Part shown: positions 1 through 11,093 of the stretch, piece by piece | Numbering within the stretch: the first letter of the stretch is position 1 | Layout of the letters: each line of letters opens with the position of its first letter | Source of the DNA: Octopus bimaculoides | Lineage: Eukaryota | NCBI RefSeq assembly: GCF_001194135.2 | Contig: NC_068983.1 | Span: 76,588,569-76,624,283, forward strand | Length of the DNA: 35,715 nucleotides | Reading direction: 5' to 3' | Made by a program: the position numbers and the translations under genes | Notes under the pieces: generated by a model | Told to the model about the DNA's origin: nothing | Seen by the model: the letters and a program-made list of their open reading frames with translations, nothing else | Database searches by the model: none

Positions 1-494
1 GAAAATCTTAAATGTATTCAGATCGTCCATTACATGAACGGTTTCACTCATATACTTAGTGGGGATTCAAACAAGCAAAGATAAATATTTCTCATTCCAA
101 GCAATGTTACATAGCTTGGAATGCATTGTCTATTGGCTAAATCAAAGCAGCATTCCTCATATATCAGAAAGATGGAAGGAAGGATGCTTAAGTATATCAT
201 TAGCATTTTATTTATCATGCTTGCAAGGACCAAACTTAACATTACTGGACTTGGAAGTGATTTCAAAGAGGGACAGAAAAGAATAAAAGGCCATATGATG
301 TTTCTTATTGGGTAGATAACAATCTAATAATATGCATTCAAATATTCTTTTTCCGGTTGAAATTCAGGTACGGTAAAATAAGCGTTTAGGAAAAATACAA
401 TTCGGGAACATGCGTATTCCATCCTTCCTTTTCCTGTCCTCTACTTCCACTCACATTCATTTACTTACTGAACAACTAACTGATTGAGAGTAAA

Positions 495-676
495 CACTGA
501 CTGAGTGACTGACTGACAGATTCACTGACTCAGTCACTCATTCACTGACTCACTGACTCACTCATTCACTGACTCACTGACTCACTCACTGACTGATTGA
601 CTCACTCACTGACTCACTCACTTACTCACTCATTCACTCACTCATTCATTCATATATATATATATATATATATATA
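495..676. repeat. Compound tetranucleotide microsatellite (ACTG/ACTC/ATTC) grading into (TA)n at a gap edge
   Basis: Read directly: actgactg/actcactc/attcactc units from ~495, then (TA)n up to the N-gap at 677. Confidence 0.9.
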
Positions 677-1329
677 NNNNNNNNNNNNNNNNNNNNNNNN
701 NNNNNNNNNNNNNNNNNNNNNNNNNNNNNNNNNNNNNNNNNNNNNNNNNNNNNNNNNNNNNNNNNNNNNNNNNNNNNNNNNNNNNNNNNNNNNNNNNNNN
801 NNNNNNNNNNNNNNNNNNNNNNNNNNNNNNNNNNNNNNNNNNNNNNNNNNNNNNNNNNNNNNNNNNNNNNNNNNNNNNNNNNNNNNNNNNNNNNNNNNNN
901 NNNNNNNNNNNNNNNNNNNNNNNNNNNNNNNNNNNNNNNNNNNNNNNNNNNNNNNNNNNNNNNNNNNNNNNNNNNNNNNNNNNNNNNNNNNNNNNNNNNN
1001 NNNNNNNNNNNNNNNNNNNNNNNNNNNNNNNNNNNNNNNNNNNNNNNNNNNNNNNNNNNNNNNNNNNNNNNNNNNNNNNNNNNNNNNNNNNNNNNNNNNN
1101 NNNNNNNNNNNNNNNNNNNNNNNNNNNNNNNNNNNNNNNNNNNNNNNNNNNNNNNNNNNNNNNNNNNNNNNNNNNNNNNNNNNNNNNNNNNNNNNNNNNN
1201 NNNNNNNNNNNNNNNNNNNNNNNNNNNNNNNNNNNNNNNNNNNNNNNNNNNNNNNNNNNNNNNNNNNNNNNNNNNNNNNNNNNNNNNNNNNNNNNNNNNN
1301 NNNNNNNNNNNNNNNNNNNNNNNNNNNNN

Positions 1330-1815
1330 CGGTAATTCCCGGAAAAGTGGGGCTTATCCCTTGTTTCCGTTCTCATAATTGTTTCAGCAATCCAATAACA
1401 ACAATACAAGGTATGTAGCCCTTAAAACGGTGTTTGTGCATTTACAGAGAACACCGAACTGTCTTACACACGATCTTGTTTTTAGTAATTCCCAATAAGT
1501 TATGAATACCCAAATTGTGAAATCAGTTATGTAATAACATGAAATTAGTTAACCGATAGTAATAATTCAAATAAAGTAGCCCTGAAAAGGGCTTTAATTC
1601 GTTCCCAGTGTATATAGAACTTCGGAAGTAATACCATTAAGGTATGTATACTAAAATCGTAAAGCATGTTACGTAATAATAGGCTAATCAGAGATGAAAT
1701 AATAATAATTCAAAGCAAATAACTCTGAAAGTGCTTTAGTGCATCCTCAGAGAATATTACCGCCAGAGGCACTAGTGTTGGTCTATCTGTGAATAAGTTA
1801 CTAACCGAAATAAGT
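1330..1815. repeat. Diverged ~145-160 bp tandem repeat (about 3 units)
   Basis: Recurring blocks: gtagcccttaaaacgg (1415), gtagccctgaaaaggg (1576), aactctgaaagtg (1721); gtaattccc (1332, 1485) and gtaatacca (1628); gtgcatttacagagaa versus gtgcatcctcagagaa. Confidence 0.65.
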
Positions 1816-2079
1816 GGATCTATTGTTTAGGAAAATACTAATTACTTTTTAAGGATTGTACTGGATAAATTGCGAAAATAACTCTAACATTTCAAATACT
1901 AAGAAATAAGCATACGCAATTTGATTTATACCAAATAACATTGGACAATGATTGGATTATTTCCCTTGGCTGTTAAAATAAAATATAGCAGTTATATAGA
2001 AGGATGCCTTCCAGGGGCCCTATTATCGATTATGAGTATGCCATGAGATTTCCAGACATGAGTGTCATGTTTTATCAAA

Positions 2080-2165
2080 ATCGATAAAATGACGTAGGAG
2101 TTAGCTAACAACTCCGCAAACACACACACCCACAGACAGAATTTTCCACATATGTAGTAGATATA
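2080..2165 (+). mobile_element. Short fragment homologous to the distal end of the Penelope-like relic at 15679-15760
   Basis: aggagttagctaacaactccgcaaacacac...cagacagaattttccacatatgtagta (2096-2159) aligns closely with the reverse complement of 15679-15738. Confidence 0.75.
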
Positions 2166-2296
2166 TGTATATATATAAGAGTTAAGCAATGGAGTAGATA
2201 AGATCCAGGCTGCTAATGTTTCATAGTGAGCATAACCTCATAAGTGGTAAATATCCAAGGCATTTGTTTATCACAGGTTACTTTTCAGTATTCGCA

Positions 2297-2770
2297 TGCC
2301 CGACAAATCTGGTTGCCTACCGTAAAATATAAAGAACATTTTTCAGTCTATCATACTTCGATTACAAAAATATCCACAAACTCCCATGCGAATGAATCAT
2401 TACTGTCCCTTAATGTTATTTTATTCGCTTGCTCGGCTCTTCCATCACCTTGTCCTGCAGCTGTTGGGTGAACTCTCTAGTGAGGATGCACACAGAGCGC
2501 TTGTTGTCTCACTTTGCAGTGGCCATGGCTTCCTAGTCTCTCTTCACATCCGTTTCACAGTCTTTGCAGTGTTCACAGAGCGTTGAGCAGTAGTCATGCT
2601 GTAGCTATTTTGATGCCAGGCTTTATCTATGATGATGTTGAGAACACTTTCCCAATATTCATATGGCTTCCATTCCTACATATCAGCTAACTTTTGCTCA
2701 GCTACATCTTTAATTGTTATTTTCTCCAAGGCTGTTCACTGTTCACCAATACATAAATCTGTCCCAGGAA
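2297..2770 (-). mobile_element. Internally deleted Tc1/mariner-superfamily (probably maT-like) element; decayed N-terminal transposase region
   Basis: The minus strand gives broken HTH-region-like peptides (EWKPYEYW..., TTAQRSVNTAKTVKR, KRSVCILTREFTQQLQDKVMEEPSK) with stops and frameshifts. The family call rests on resemblance to the element at 5225-6334. Confidence 0.55.
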
Positions 2771-3004
2771 TAAAGAGACACAAAAACTCGTCAAATTTGT
2801 ATATATGATTTAAATTTAAATTTATGCCATTTAAAACTTTACTTGTGGCTAAATTAAACCGAGAAAAGTTCTAACCACTGTTTGGGCAATTTCCCAATAT
2901 CGGTTCAGTGAGAAACGAAGGGAAGGTAATGGAATTTCAACAAATTATTGATTCAGTGTTAGAATTGAAATAGTAACAATGAAGGAGTAATGGTGTATTT
3001 GATT

Positions 3005-3007
<3 letters not shown>

Positions 3008-3072
<65 letters not shown>

Positions 3073-3100
3073 GAGAGTGAATATGAGAGAGAGAAAGAAG
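3008..3100. repeat. (GA)n microsatellite with degenerate tail
   Basis: Read directly. Confidence 0.95.
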
Positions 3101-4634
3101 AGAGAGTGGGGGAGAGGGTGAATGATTGTGAGAGTGCGAGAGATCAGTATTTTCTTGCCTGCATTGATGTATTGAAATTACGGTTGAATCCTTTATTAAA
3201 TTTGAATAATTAGCATTATTCAAGAGGACACTCAACATTCTAAAATAAAAGCCTAAAATCATTTATGATTTGAAAAATATTAATATAAAAATAAATTATC
3301 TAATTCTTGTTTATTCTTTTTTTATTTCTTGTATTATTTTATCCTATTTCCTTTTCTAGTTGTAATTATAATGGAATTATTTTATTTTATATCTGTAATT
3401 ATTTCTTCAAAATATATTTCATAGTGTCTTCTTTGGTGATTATTTTCTTGATTTCCTTATTTGTATTATGTTTCTGTCTTATACCTCCTTCTTCTCTTCT
3501 TCTTTATCTTCCACTTCCTAAACCCCCTCCAACTTCTCATTCTCGTAAGACAATTCTCGTAAGACCATACTTAACAAAATCGCAACTCAAGCTAACATTA
3601 CCACCAATAACGATACTAATATCATTGTTTCTATTTAAATCATCAACTATGGCATCATAATCTTCATATATCTAGTTTTTCTGCTGTTGTTATTCATGTT
3701 ATTATTAGTAGTATTATTTTTATTAATAGCATATATGTCGCTGTTGAATATCCTTGTTCAGGTTTTATGTGTGGGATTGTTATTAATTGAGCGTGTGTGT
3801 GTGTTTGTATCTAAATGTAGACACCTATATATCTAGAAATGTAAATGAGAAGAGATGTGATATATCAGAGGTTAGATGTAATGAATGGGAAGAAAAACAG
3901 CAATTTTAGACTGCATTGGACTCGCAATAACAAATTGAAAAATTCAAATTAAAACAAAATATTGTCATTCAGAATACAATAAATTTTAGACAAAATTAAT
4001 GAAATCTAGCTACGTTCTTCGCTTTTAAAGTGAAAATCCTAACTCTTCTCTTTCCAAACACCGAAGAAAATAAAAATTCTCATCCACACATACACGGGCG
4101 TATATAAACGTACACACATACACAAACATACACTAATTACAGACAAAACACACGGTAAACAAAATAACTAAATAACACAATTGAATCATCCAACCAAAGA
4201 TGACAATGTTATTAAGAGCAAAGATGACAATATCATTGAAGTCAATGGTTAACAAATAAATAAAATGAATAATTCTTTAACGAAAATTTATTGTAATTAC
4301 AAAAGTTTTGAAAAAGGTGAAGCCATTCTTAAATAAAGCACCATGCAGTTTTCTAAATCATTTCCTGTTACAGTACATTTCTTTTTAAGAACGTTTTAGA
4401 GCGGTACTTTTGACAAAATAGGAAATAATACGTTCCAAAGCCTCTCTATATTATGCACTGTATGAAAGGATATTGGTTAGATTTGTTGTTACTGTTCCTA
4501 TAAAGATAATAGGCAGGACGTTAAGTGTCATTCTAATAGCATTATAAATGTCCATCGAGGTAAAATTCATTACAATTATAAAGTTGGCAACCCGCATTTA
4601 ATGGTCATATTTGAGAACAAGGATTTGGAAACAT

Positions 4635-4671
4635 TTGTGTATGTGAATGTGTGTGTCTGTGAATGTGTGTA

Positions 4672-4708
<37 letters not shown>
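4635..4708. repeat. (GT)n microsatellite at gap edge
   Basis: Read directly. Confidence 0.95.
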
Positions 4709-5224
4709 NNNNNNNNNNNNNNNNNNNNNNNNNNNNNNNNNNNNNNNNNNNNNNNNNNNNNNNNNNNNNNNNNNNNNNNNNNNNNNNNNNNNNNNNNNNN
4801 NNNNNNNNNNNNNNNNNNNNNNNNNNNNNNNNNNNNNNNNNNNNNNNNNNNNNNNNNNNNNNNNNNNNNNNNNNNNNNNNNNNNNNNNNNNNNNNNNNNN
4901 NNNNNNNNNNNNNNNNNNNNNNNNNNNNNNNNNNNNNNNNNNNNNNNNNNNNNNNNNNNNNNNNNNNNNNNNNNNNNNNNNNNNNNNNNNNNNNNNNNNN
5001 NNNNNNNNNNNNNNNNNNNNNNNNNNNNNNNNNNNNNNNNNNNNNNNNNNNNNNNNNNNNNNNNNNNNNNNNNNNNNNNNNNNNNNNNNNNNNNNNNNNN
5101 NNNNNNNNNNNNNNNNNNNNNNNNNNNNNNNNNNNNNNNNNNNNNNNNNNNNNNNNNNNNNNNNNNNNNNNNNNNNNNNNNNNNNNNNNNNNNNNNNNNN
5201 NNNNNNNNNNNNNNNNNNNNNNNN

Positions 5225-6334
5225 CGACTACGGCCTCCGGACAACTTCGGAATCTCCTGCAACTCTTCTGGACGCTCTCCTTGTTTAGGTTAGTGAATGC
5301 TGCCATAATTTTTGCTTTCAGTTCATCTTTTGTGTTACAAGGAGTTTTGTTGATCTCTCACTAAACTGCGCCCCATACAAGGGGTCGCAGTCTGGCGAGT
5401 CATGTGGCCAGATATTAGGCGGTGATGTGGTCGCAGAATTTTTCTGACAGCCATGGCTGTGTTCTTCTGCTTCTGTGGCATGGTGCAGTTTCTTGTTGCC
5501 AGACATAGGGTTTTCCAGCAGCCACACTCTTCACCCAGAACAGCACTACTTTCTCTACGTACTTGATGTAGGTCTCCGTGTTCAGTGTGAGGCCGTGTGG
5601 GAAGACGAATGGATGCATAACGTCGCCATCACTAGTGCTCAATCCAAACACCATGGTCTTCACTAGATGTTTGATCTTTATCGCTCTCGGTACATGTTTT
5701 GGGGACACGGCAAGCCAACGGTTGTGCTGTGTGTTCACCATCTGATTCTGGTAGAGATTTTTATCGTCTGAGAAAAATCAAAGCTTGTTAGGTTGGAGAA
5801 GATGCTTGGGTTTGTTCAAAAGCTTCGTAGTGCAAAGTTTCATCCTACTCTGGATGGCTTGGAGTAAAAATAGGCCCTTTTTCATCCTGTACCAGGTATA
5901 CCGAAAGTCGTCATGCACTACCTGCCCGATAAGAAGCTGAAACAGTTTGATGTGTCTAGCGATGAACCTGATTGATTTGGGGAGATCGTTGTCTATTATG
6001 GCCTGGATCTCAGCAACAAATCCTGGATTGTTTTTTTCCGAGCTGCCTTACATTCGAAATCACCATTACACTCGGCCAACTCTTTCCTAATCATCTGCTC
6101 TTTCTTCAGATTGACACCCAATCACTCTGGAACCTTCCCATTGGAGCTTTCGGTGCGAATGTGAAGCCGTACAGCAGGTCGTTTCCGAATTTCTGGCAGA
6201 GTAAAATGCTGTTTTTCTGATAGATGTGGCCCAACTGATCCTACTATATTGTGTAGTTGACAAAATGAAAACAAACAATGCGCATGAGAGAAATTAAAAA
6301 TATAAAATGTCAACAATTTACCCATCGCACGCTG
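5225..6334 (-). mobile_element. Tc1/mariner-superfamily transposon relic, maT-type (DD37D) transposase pseudogene; one end lost in the gap
   Basis: Minus-strand peptides FFSDDKN, VFGLSTSDGDVMHPFVFPHGLTLNTETYI, YVWQQ(E)TAPCHRSRRTQPWLSEKFCDHIT and NIWPHDSPDCDPL, interrupted by stops and frameshifts. The terminus CAGCGTGCGATGGGTAAATTG ends at 6334 next to TA, in a TA/TATG repeat. Confidence 0.85.
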
Positions 6335-6492
6335 TATATATGTATGTATGTATATATGTATGTATGTATGTATGTATATATGTATGTATGTATGTGTGTG
6401 TGTATGTATGTATGTATGCATGCATGTATGTATGTATGTATATGTATGCACGCGTGTCTGTTTCTGCGTGCGTGTATATATGTATATATATC
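6335..6492. repeat. (TATG)n/(TA)n microsatellite
   Basis: Read directly. Confidence 0.9.
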
Positions 6493-6699
6493 TTGATGGA
6501 AATATGCAATATTTTAGGTCCTTAATAAACTTAATAAACTTTAAAAGAGTACATGTACAAATAACTATTCAAACACAAAATTTATTCTGCCACTTATCAT
6601 GAGGAAGCTACACAGAACACACCTAAATTTTAACCATTTCACTACAAACAAACGACTCCTGTGCACTATCCCACCAGACAGATTAAATTTGGACTGGCG

Positions 6700-7005
6700 C
6701 ACAATATAGTGTCACGTGTCACTAACGCACGGCCGCCGCGGGAAGCGTACAAGCAGGTATAAACTTAATCGAGTGTTTATTCTTTACAAAAACTTGACAG
6801 AAAATATTCAGTGCATTGACGACGCCAAATATAGTCAATTGAGACTAACACATAGATATAGCGGTGAACTTACATAAATTTCTAAAACTAAGCAGGTGAC
6901 TATCCACTACCAATCAAATCCTATTCAAAACATATACGAATCTGATCCATGAACTCCCTATAAAAGCAGGACAAACTTCAAACACTAGTCAGAAGCAAGA
7001 CAGCT
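6700..7005 (+). promoter_or_regulatory. Candidate RNA Pol II promoter (E-box, CCAAT, TATA, Inr-like)
   Basis: CACGTG at 6713-6718 in a CpG-rich patch; CCAAT at 6910-6914; TATAAAA at 6959-6965; Inr-like CTAGTCA with its A at 6987, 28 nt after the TATA start. No downstream gene is visible. Confidence 0.4.
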
Positions 7006-7129
7006 GCGACATAAGCCACGTCTTTCCATTCGAACTTTTTGAAAATCAGTGTAGGCTGTGGAACCGGTTAAAGCATCAAACATTTTAATAAAAAATATTT
7101 TGACTATTCTCAGTGTATTTCCAAGGTCT

Positions 7130-7130
7130 A

Positions 7131-7182
<52 letters not shown>
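7130..7182. repeat. (CT)n microsatellite at gap edge
   Basis: Read directly. Confidence 0.95.
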
Positions 7183-7959
7183 NNNNNNNNNNNNNNNNNN
7201 NNNNNNNNNNNNNNNNNNNNNNNNNNNNNNNNNNNNNNNNNNNNNNNNNNNNNNNNNNNNNNNNNNNNNNNNNNNNNNNNNNNNNNNNNNNNNNNNNNNN
7301 NNNNNNNNNNNNNNNNNNNNNNNNNNNNNNNNNNNNNNNNNNNNNNNNNNNNNNNNNNNNNNNNNNNNNNNNNNNNNNNNNNNNNNNNNNNNNNNNNNNN
7401 NNNNNNNNNNNNNNNNNNNNNNNNNNNNNNNNNNNNNNNNNNNNNNNNNNNNNNNNNNNNNNNNNNNNNNNNNNNNNNNNNNNNNNNNNNNNNNNNNNNN
7501 NNNNNNNNNNNNNNNNNNNNNNNNNNNNNNNNNNNNNNNNNNNNNNNNNNNNNNNNNNNNNNNNNNNNNNNNNNNNNNNNNNNNNNNNNNNNNNNNNNNN
7601 NNNNNNNNNNNNNNNNNNNNNNNNNNNNNNNNNNNNNNNNNNNNNNNNNNNNNNNNNNNNNNNNNNNNNNNNNNNNNNNNNNNNNNNNNNNNNNNNNNNN
7701 NNNNNNNNNNNNNNNNNNNNNNNNNNNNNNNNNNNNNNNNNNNNNNNNNNNNNNNNNNNNNNNNNNNNNNNNNNNNNNNNNNNNNNNNNNNNNNNNNNNN
7801 NNNNNNNNNNNNNNNNNNNNNNNNNNNNNNNNNNNNNNNNNNNNNNNNNNNNNNNNNNNNNNNNNNNNNNNNNNNNNNNNNNNNNNNNNNNNNNNNNNNN
7901 NNNNNNNNNNNNNNNNNNNNNNNNNNNNNNNNNNNNNNNNNNNNATATATATATCACCT

Positions 7960-8665
7960 CAACTAAAGCTATGATTCTGAGGAACCAATTGAGCTGTTGT
8001 GGCCATATTGTTCGAATGGCAGTTGAACGCTGCCGAAACAACTGATTTATGGTGACCTTGCAGAGAGGAAACACTTTCGGCGTAAACCTAAAAAAAGGCT
8101 TAAAGACAACATAAGGAATACTATGAAGTTTCAGGGAATTGTTCCAGAAGTTATAGAAACCCTTGCTTCGGATCGAGATGGATGACGAACAAAGGTGTGG
8201 AGTTGAGTGAAAGCATTTGAAGAGGCCAGGATAACACAAGTAAGACGGAAAAGAGATCACAGGAAGAATGTAACGATCGAGAAGGTGAATGACAATGACC
8301 TTTCTGTGTGCACAATCTGTGACAGACCCTGACTTCCTTTTGCTAGCCTCAAATCTCATCTGCGAACGTATGGAAAACAAAACTTCACCAACTATTCTGC
8401 ATATATGCCTGTGTATACGTTTGAATTCAGTGTATGCAGAAGGTTTGCAAATCCAATGAAGGCCTCAAGAGACATTTTAATATCCACAAAGAGCAGAACC
8501 TATCTGCAGTTCTTGGTCGTCCAAATTGGAGGTCCAATCTATGTGGCTGTATTTTGAGAACATTTTCGGGTTGAAACAGCCATATCAGATACCATAGTGA
8601 TGCTAAGGTGTAGATACAGGAGATGGTCAAACACTACATGAGGAGTAGACAACCACCATATATAT
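7960..8665 (+). mobile_element. 5'-truncated RTE-type LINE: decayed ORF2 C-terminus with three C2H2 zinc-finger remnants, short 3' UTR
   Basis: Peptide AMILRNQLSCCGHIVRMAVER...QLIYGDL...PKKRLKDNIR...LASDR is RTE-like. Three C-X2-C-X12-H-X3-H remnants lie at 8309-8371, 8426-8487 and 8533-8595. The frame stops at TAG 8611-8613, followed by ggagtagacaaccacc and a microsatellite tail. Confidence 0.85.
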
Positions 8666-8670
8666 ATATC

Positions 8671-8766
<96 letters not shown>

Positions 8767-8785
8767 AAATATAATATATATATGC
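8657..8785. repeat. (TA)n(CA)n(TA)n microsatellite at the LINE 3' end
   Basis: Read directly; begins right after the LINE 3' UTR. Confidence 0.95.
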
Positions 8786-8879
8786 CATCAAAACATAAAA
8801 ACCTAGTAGTTGATAACTTAATTTACTTTAATTAATTAATGAAGTGACCCATCTTAAGGTATGGATTTAGACATCGAAA

Positions 8880-9100
8880 ATCTAACGTAATATGTTACTT
8901 GAAGTTTGGTAACTCATTCAACATGGAAGACAGTTTAGTGGGAAGGGTTTCAAACAGATCCATCTACACGAATTACCATCACTTGAATTTGAGATAAGGT
9001 TGAAGCAGGTGGGACTGTTCAAAATGCCTATAAGAGTTACAAAATGCTTCGGAAAGTGATGGACATCATTGAACTTTCCAAAGTAAGGAAGAGTCTTAGC
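8880..9100 (+). mobile_element. Old CR1/L2-like LINE relic (post-RT region)
   Basis: Fragmented peptides VW..., LVGRVSNRS, ELPSLEFEIRLKQVGLF and DIIELSK resemble the CR1 pattern LERVQRRAT...L.YEERL..LGLF..RR.RGD.IE.FK. Confidence 0.45.
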
Positions 9101-10646
9101 AAGCTTAAGCTGACATAGTTTTTGATGTCATGAAGTATATATTTAATATTCATAGATTTATAAACGATGTGTTGCTTCAGATATATTGGTTTATATTATA
9201 GAACATTATATCATCAGAGACGAATATTGTTAACGCTTTCATATTTTATTAATCGAAGTAGCGCCCAACAATGCATCAAATCGGTGTATCTCATTTAATC
9301 ACCCAATAAATATTAGTGGCTATAAATAAAGTATGAATGTTAAAGTTTAGCTGATGATGAAATTTTAATAAAGATGTAAACTGAGTCATAAGATCTCTAA
9401 GTTTATGACAAGTCTGAGACAATATATAAATGCAGTAGCATGTAAGTGTCAAGCCAGATAAATTTAATAGCATCTCATACACGGTATTGGCTGAGAGCTA
9501 TATGTTTATCCTACAGTGCATTACATCTAAAAATTTGCGCCAGAAAATTGCACAAGTTAATAGAGTTGAACACAGTTTATGTCGATTGTTCAAGCCCCTT
9601 AAAATACGTAATCTTATGACGTTGTAGAAGCACATTCAATACAGAATGTTCAATATATTCAATAAAATGTATCCTGAAATTATACCAAATAAACCACGTT
9701 TATTCTGAGTATAGGGCGGAAGGTAAACACATATCAAAATTATATTTAGGCTATCAGAAAACTAACACAATACAAAACAAAAATTCTCATTAAATATTAC
9801 ATCAGATAGCACTAAATAAAAGCTGTATAAAAAAATACTTAAGATTAAACTTTCCTTAAACCTGCATGCTACGTAAACATTCTAGGCTTATTATTTACAA
9901 TCCAAAATCCAAGAAGAAAGCCGTTAATTTGTTGAACATAATTGCAGCATTAGAATTACAAATACCATTCCATACGTCTGCAGCAACACAAGAAAAGTTA
10001 CAACACATTAAAACAATCGGAACAAGAAATAATTAATAAAAAAAAGCATCATTTGATTAAAAAATTAACAATCGTATCTAGAAAAACCAAACTCCAAAAA
10101 TAGCAGTAAATTACAATGGAAGTTCTATTATTACAAACATATAACGCAAACACGATGCACAGATATTGCTTGAAATTAACAAATTAATAGAAGACACTGA
10201 GGCCAAAATATTTCCTGATCGTGGAAATAAATCAGACGCCAGTAATTGGAAATCTAATGTTTGGCCGTAAAGAATGAGAACCAGAAAACAACTACAAAAT
10301 GTTGTAGCATCATTCGCATGATTGTCGCATACAATAGAAATATCGATAACAAATGTCCGTTGGTCAAAATATTTCGTTTAGTAGATAAGGCTTGGAGACG
10401 ACCCTCGAAAAATTATTGCGTTTAACAAAATATCAAATATTATTTATAAAATATGAAAAGATCAAATTAAATAAGCAAAAAAAAAATAGAGTATTACTTG
10501 TTGGCGAGAAAATTTACACATACATGTACATACATACGCACATATAATCACACACACATACACACACATGAATATATACTTACATATATACGTACAAATA
10601 ATACATACATTCATACATGCAAACATACATACATACATACATACAT

Positions 10647-11059
10647 AAAGTAAAACATAGAAATTTGTACATATACATATATACGTACATACAAAAATAT
10701 CCTGTTGATGTTGAAATTCCAATGAAGGAACCTTGGATCTAGGTTAGAAACCGACTCTTTATCTATCGGCAAGAAATCTTGAAACAAAAGTGAATAATGA
10801 CACACACACACATACGTGCATACATACATACATACATACATACATACATACATACATAAAGTAAAACATAGAAATTTGTACATATACATATATACGTACA
10901 TACAAAAATATCCTGTTGATGTTGAAATTCCAATGAAGGAACCTTGGATCTAGGTTAGAAACCGACTCTTTATCTATCGGCAAGAAATCTTGAAACAAAA
11001 GTGAATAATGACACACACACACATACGTGCATACATACATACATACATACATACATACA

Positions 11060-11068
<9 letters not shown>
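10647..11068 (+). repeat. Exact 211-bp tandem duplication, each unit ending in (CATA)n
   Basis: aaagtaaaacatag starts at 10647 and again at 10858; the non-microsatellite parts are identical. The core resembles a retroposon 3' end. Confidence 0.9.

Positions 11069-11093
<25 letters not shown>

Noticed and set aside
48-315. Three overlapping 64-75 aa ORFs at the window start
   Set aside because: No recognisable domain or convincing splice context. A faint LINE-RT-like ISERWKEG is too weak to call.
3307-3660. 117-aa hydrophobic ORF
   Set aside because: T-rich low-complexity sequence yields F/L/I by composition alone.
3571-3671. Minus-strand peptide IYEDYDAIVDDLNRNNDISIVIGGNVSLSCDFV resembling an Ig-domain start, followed by GTATGG
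   Set aside because: The acceptor (aaaactag) has no pyrimidine tract, the segment is only 33 codons, and the remaining Ig motifs are absent.
10095-10400. ~88-codon open stretch on the minus strand in A-rich DNA
   Set aside because: No start or splice context and no recognisable motif; compositional bias explains it.
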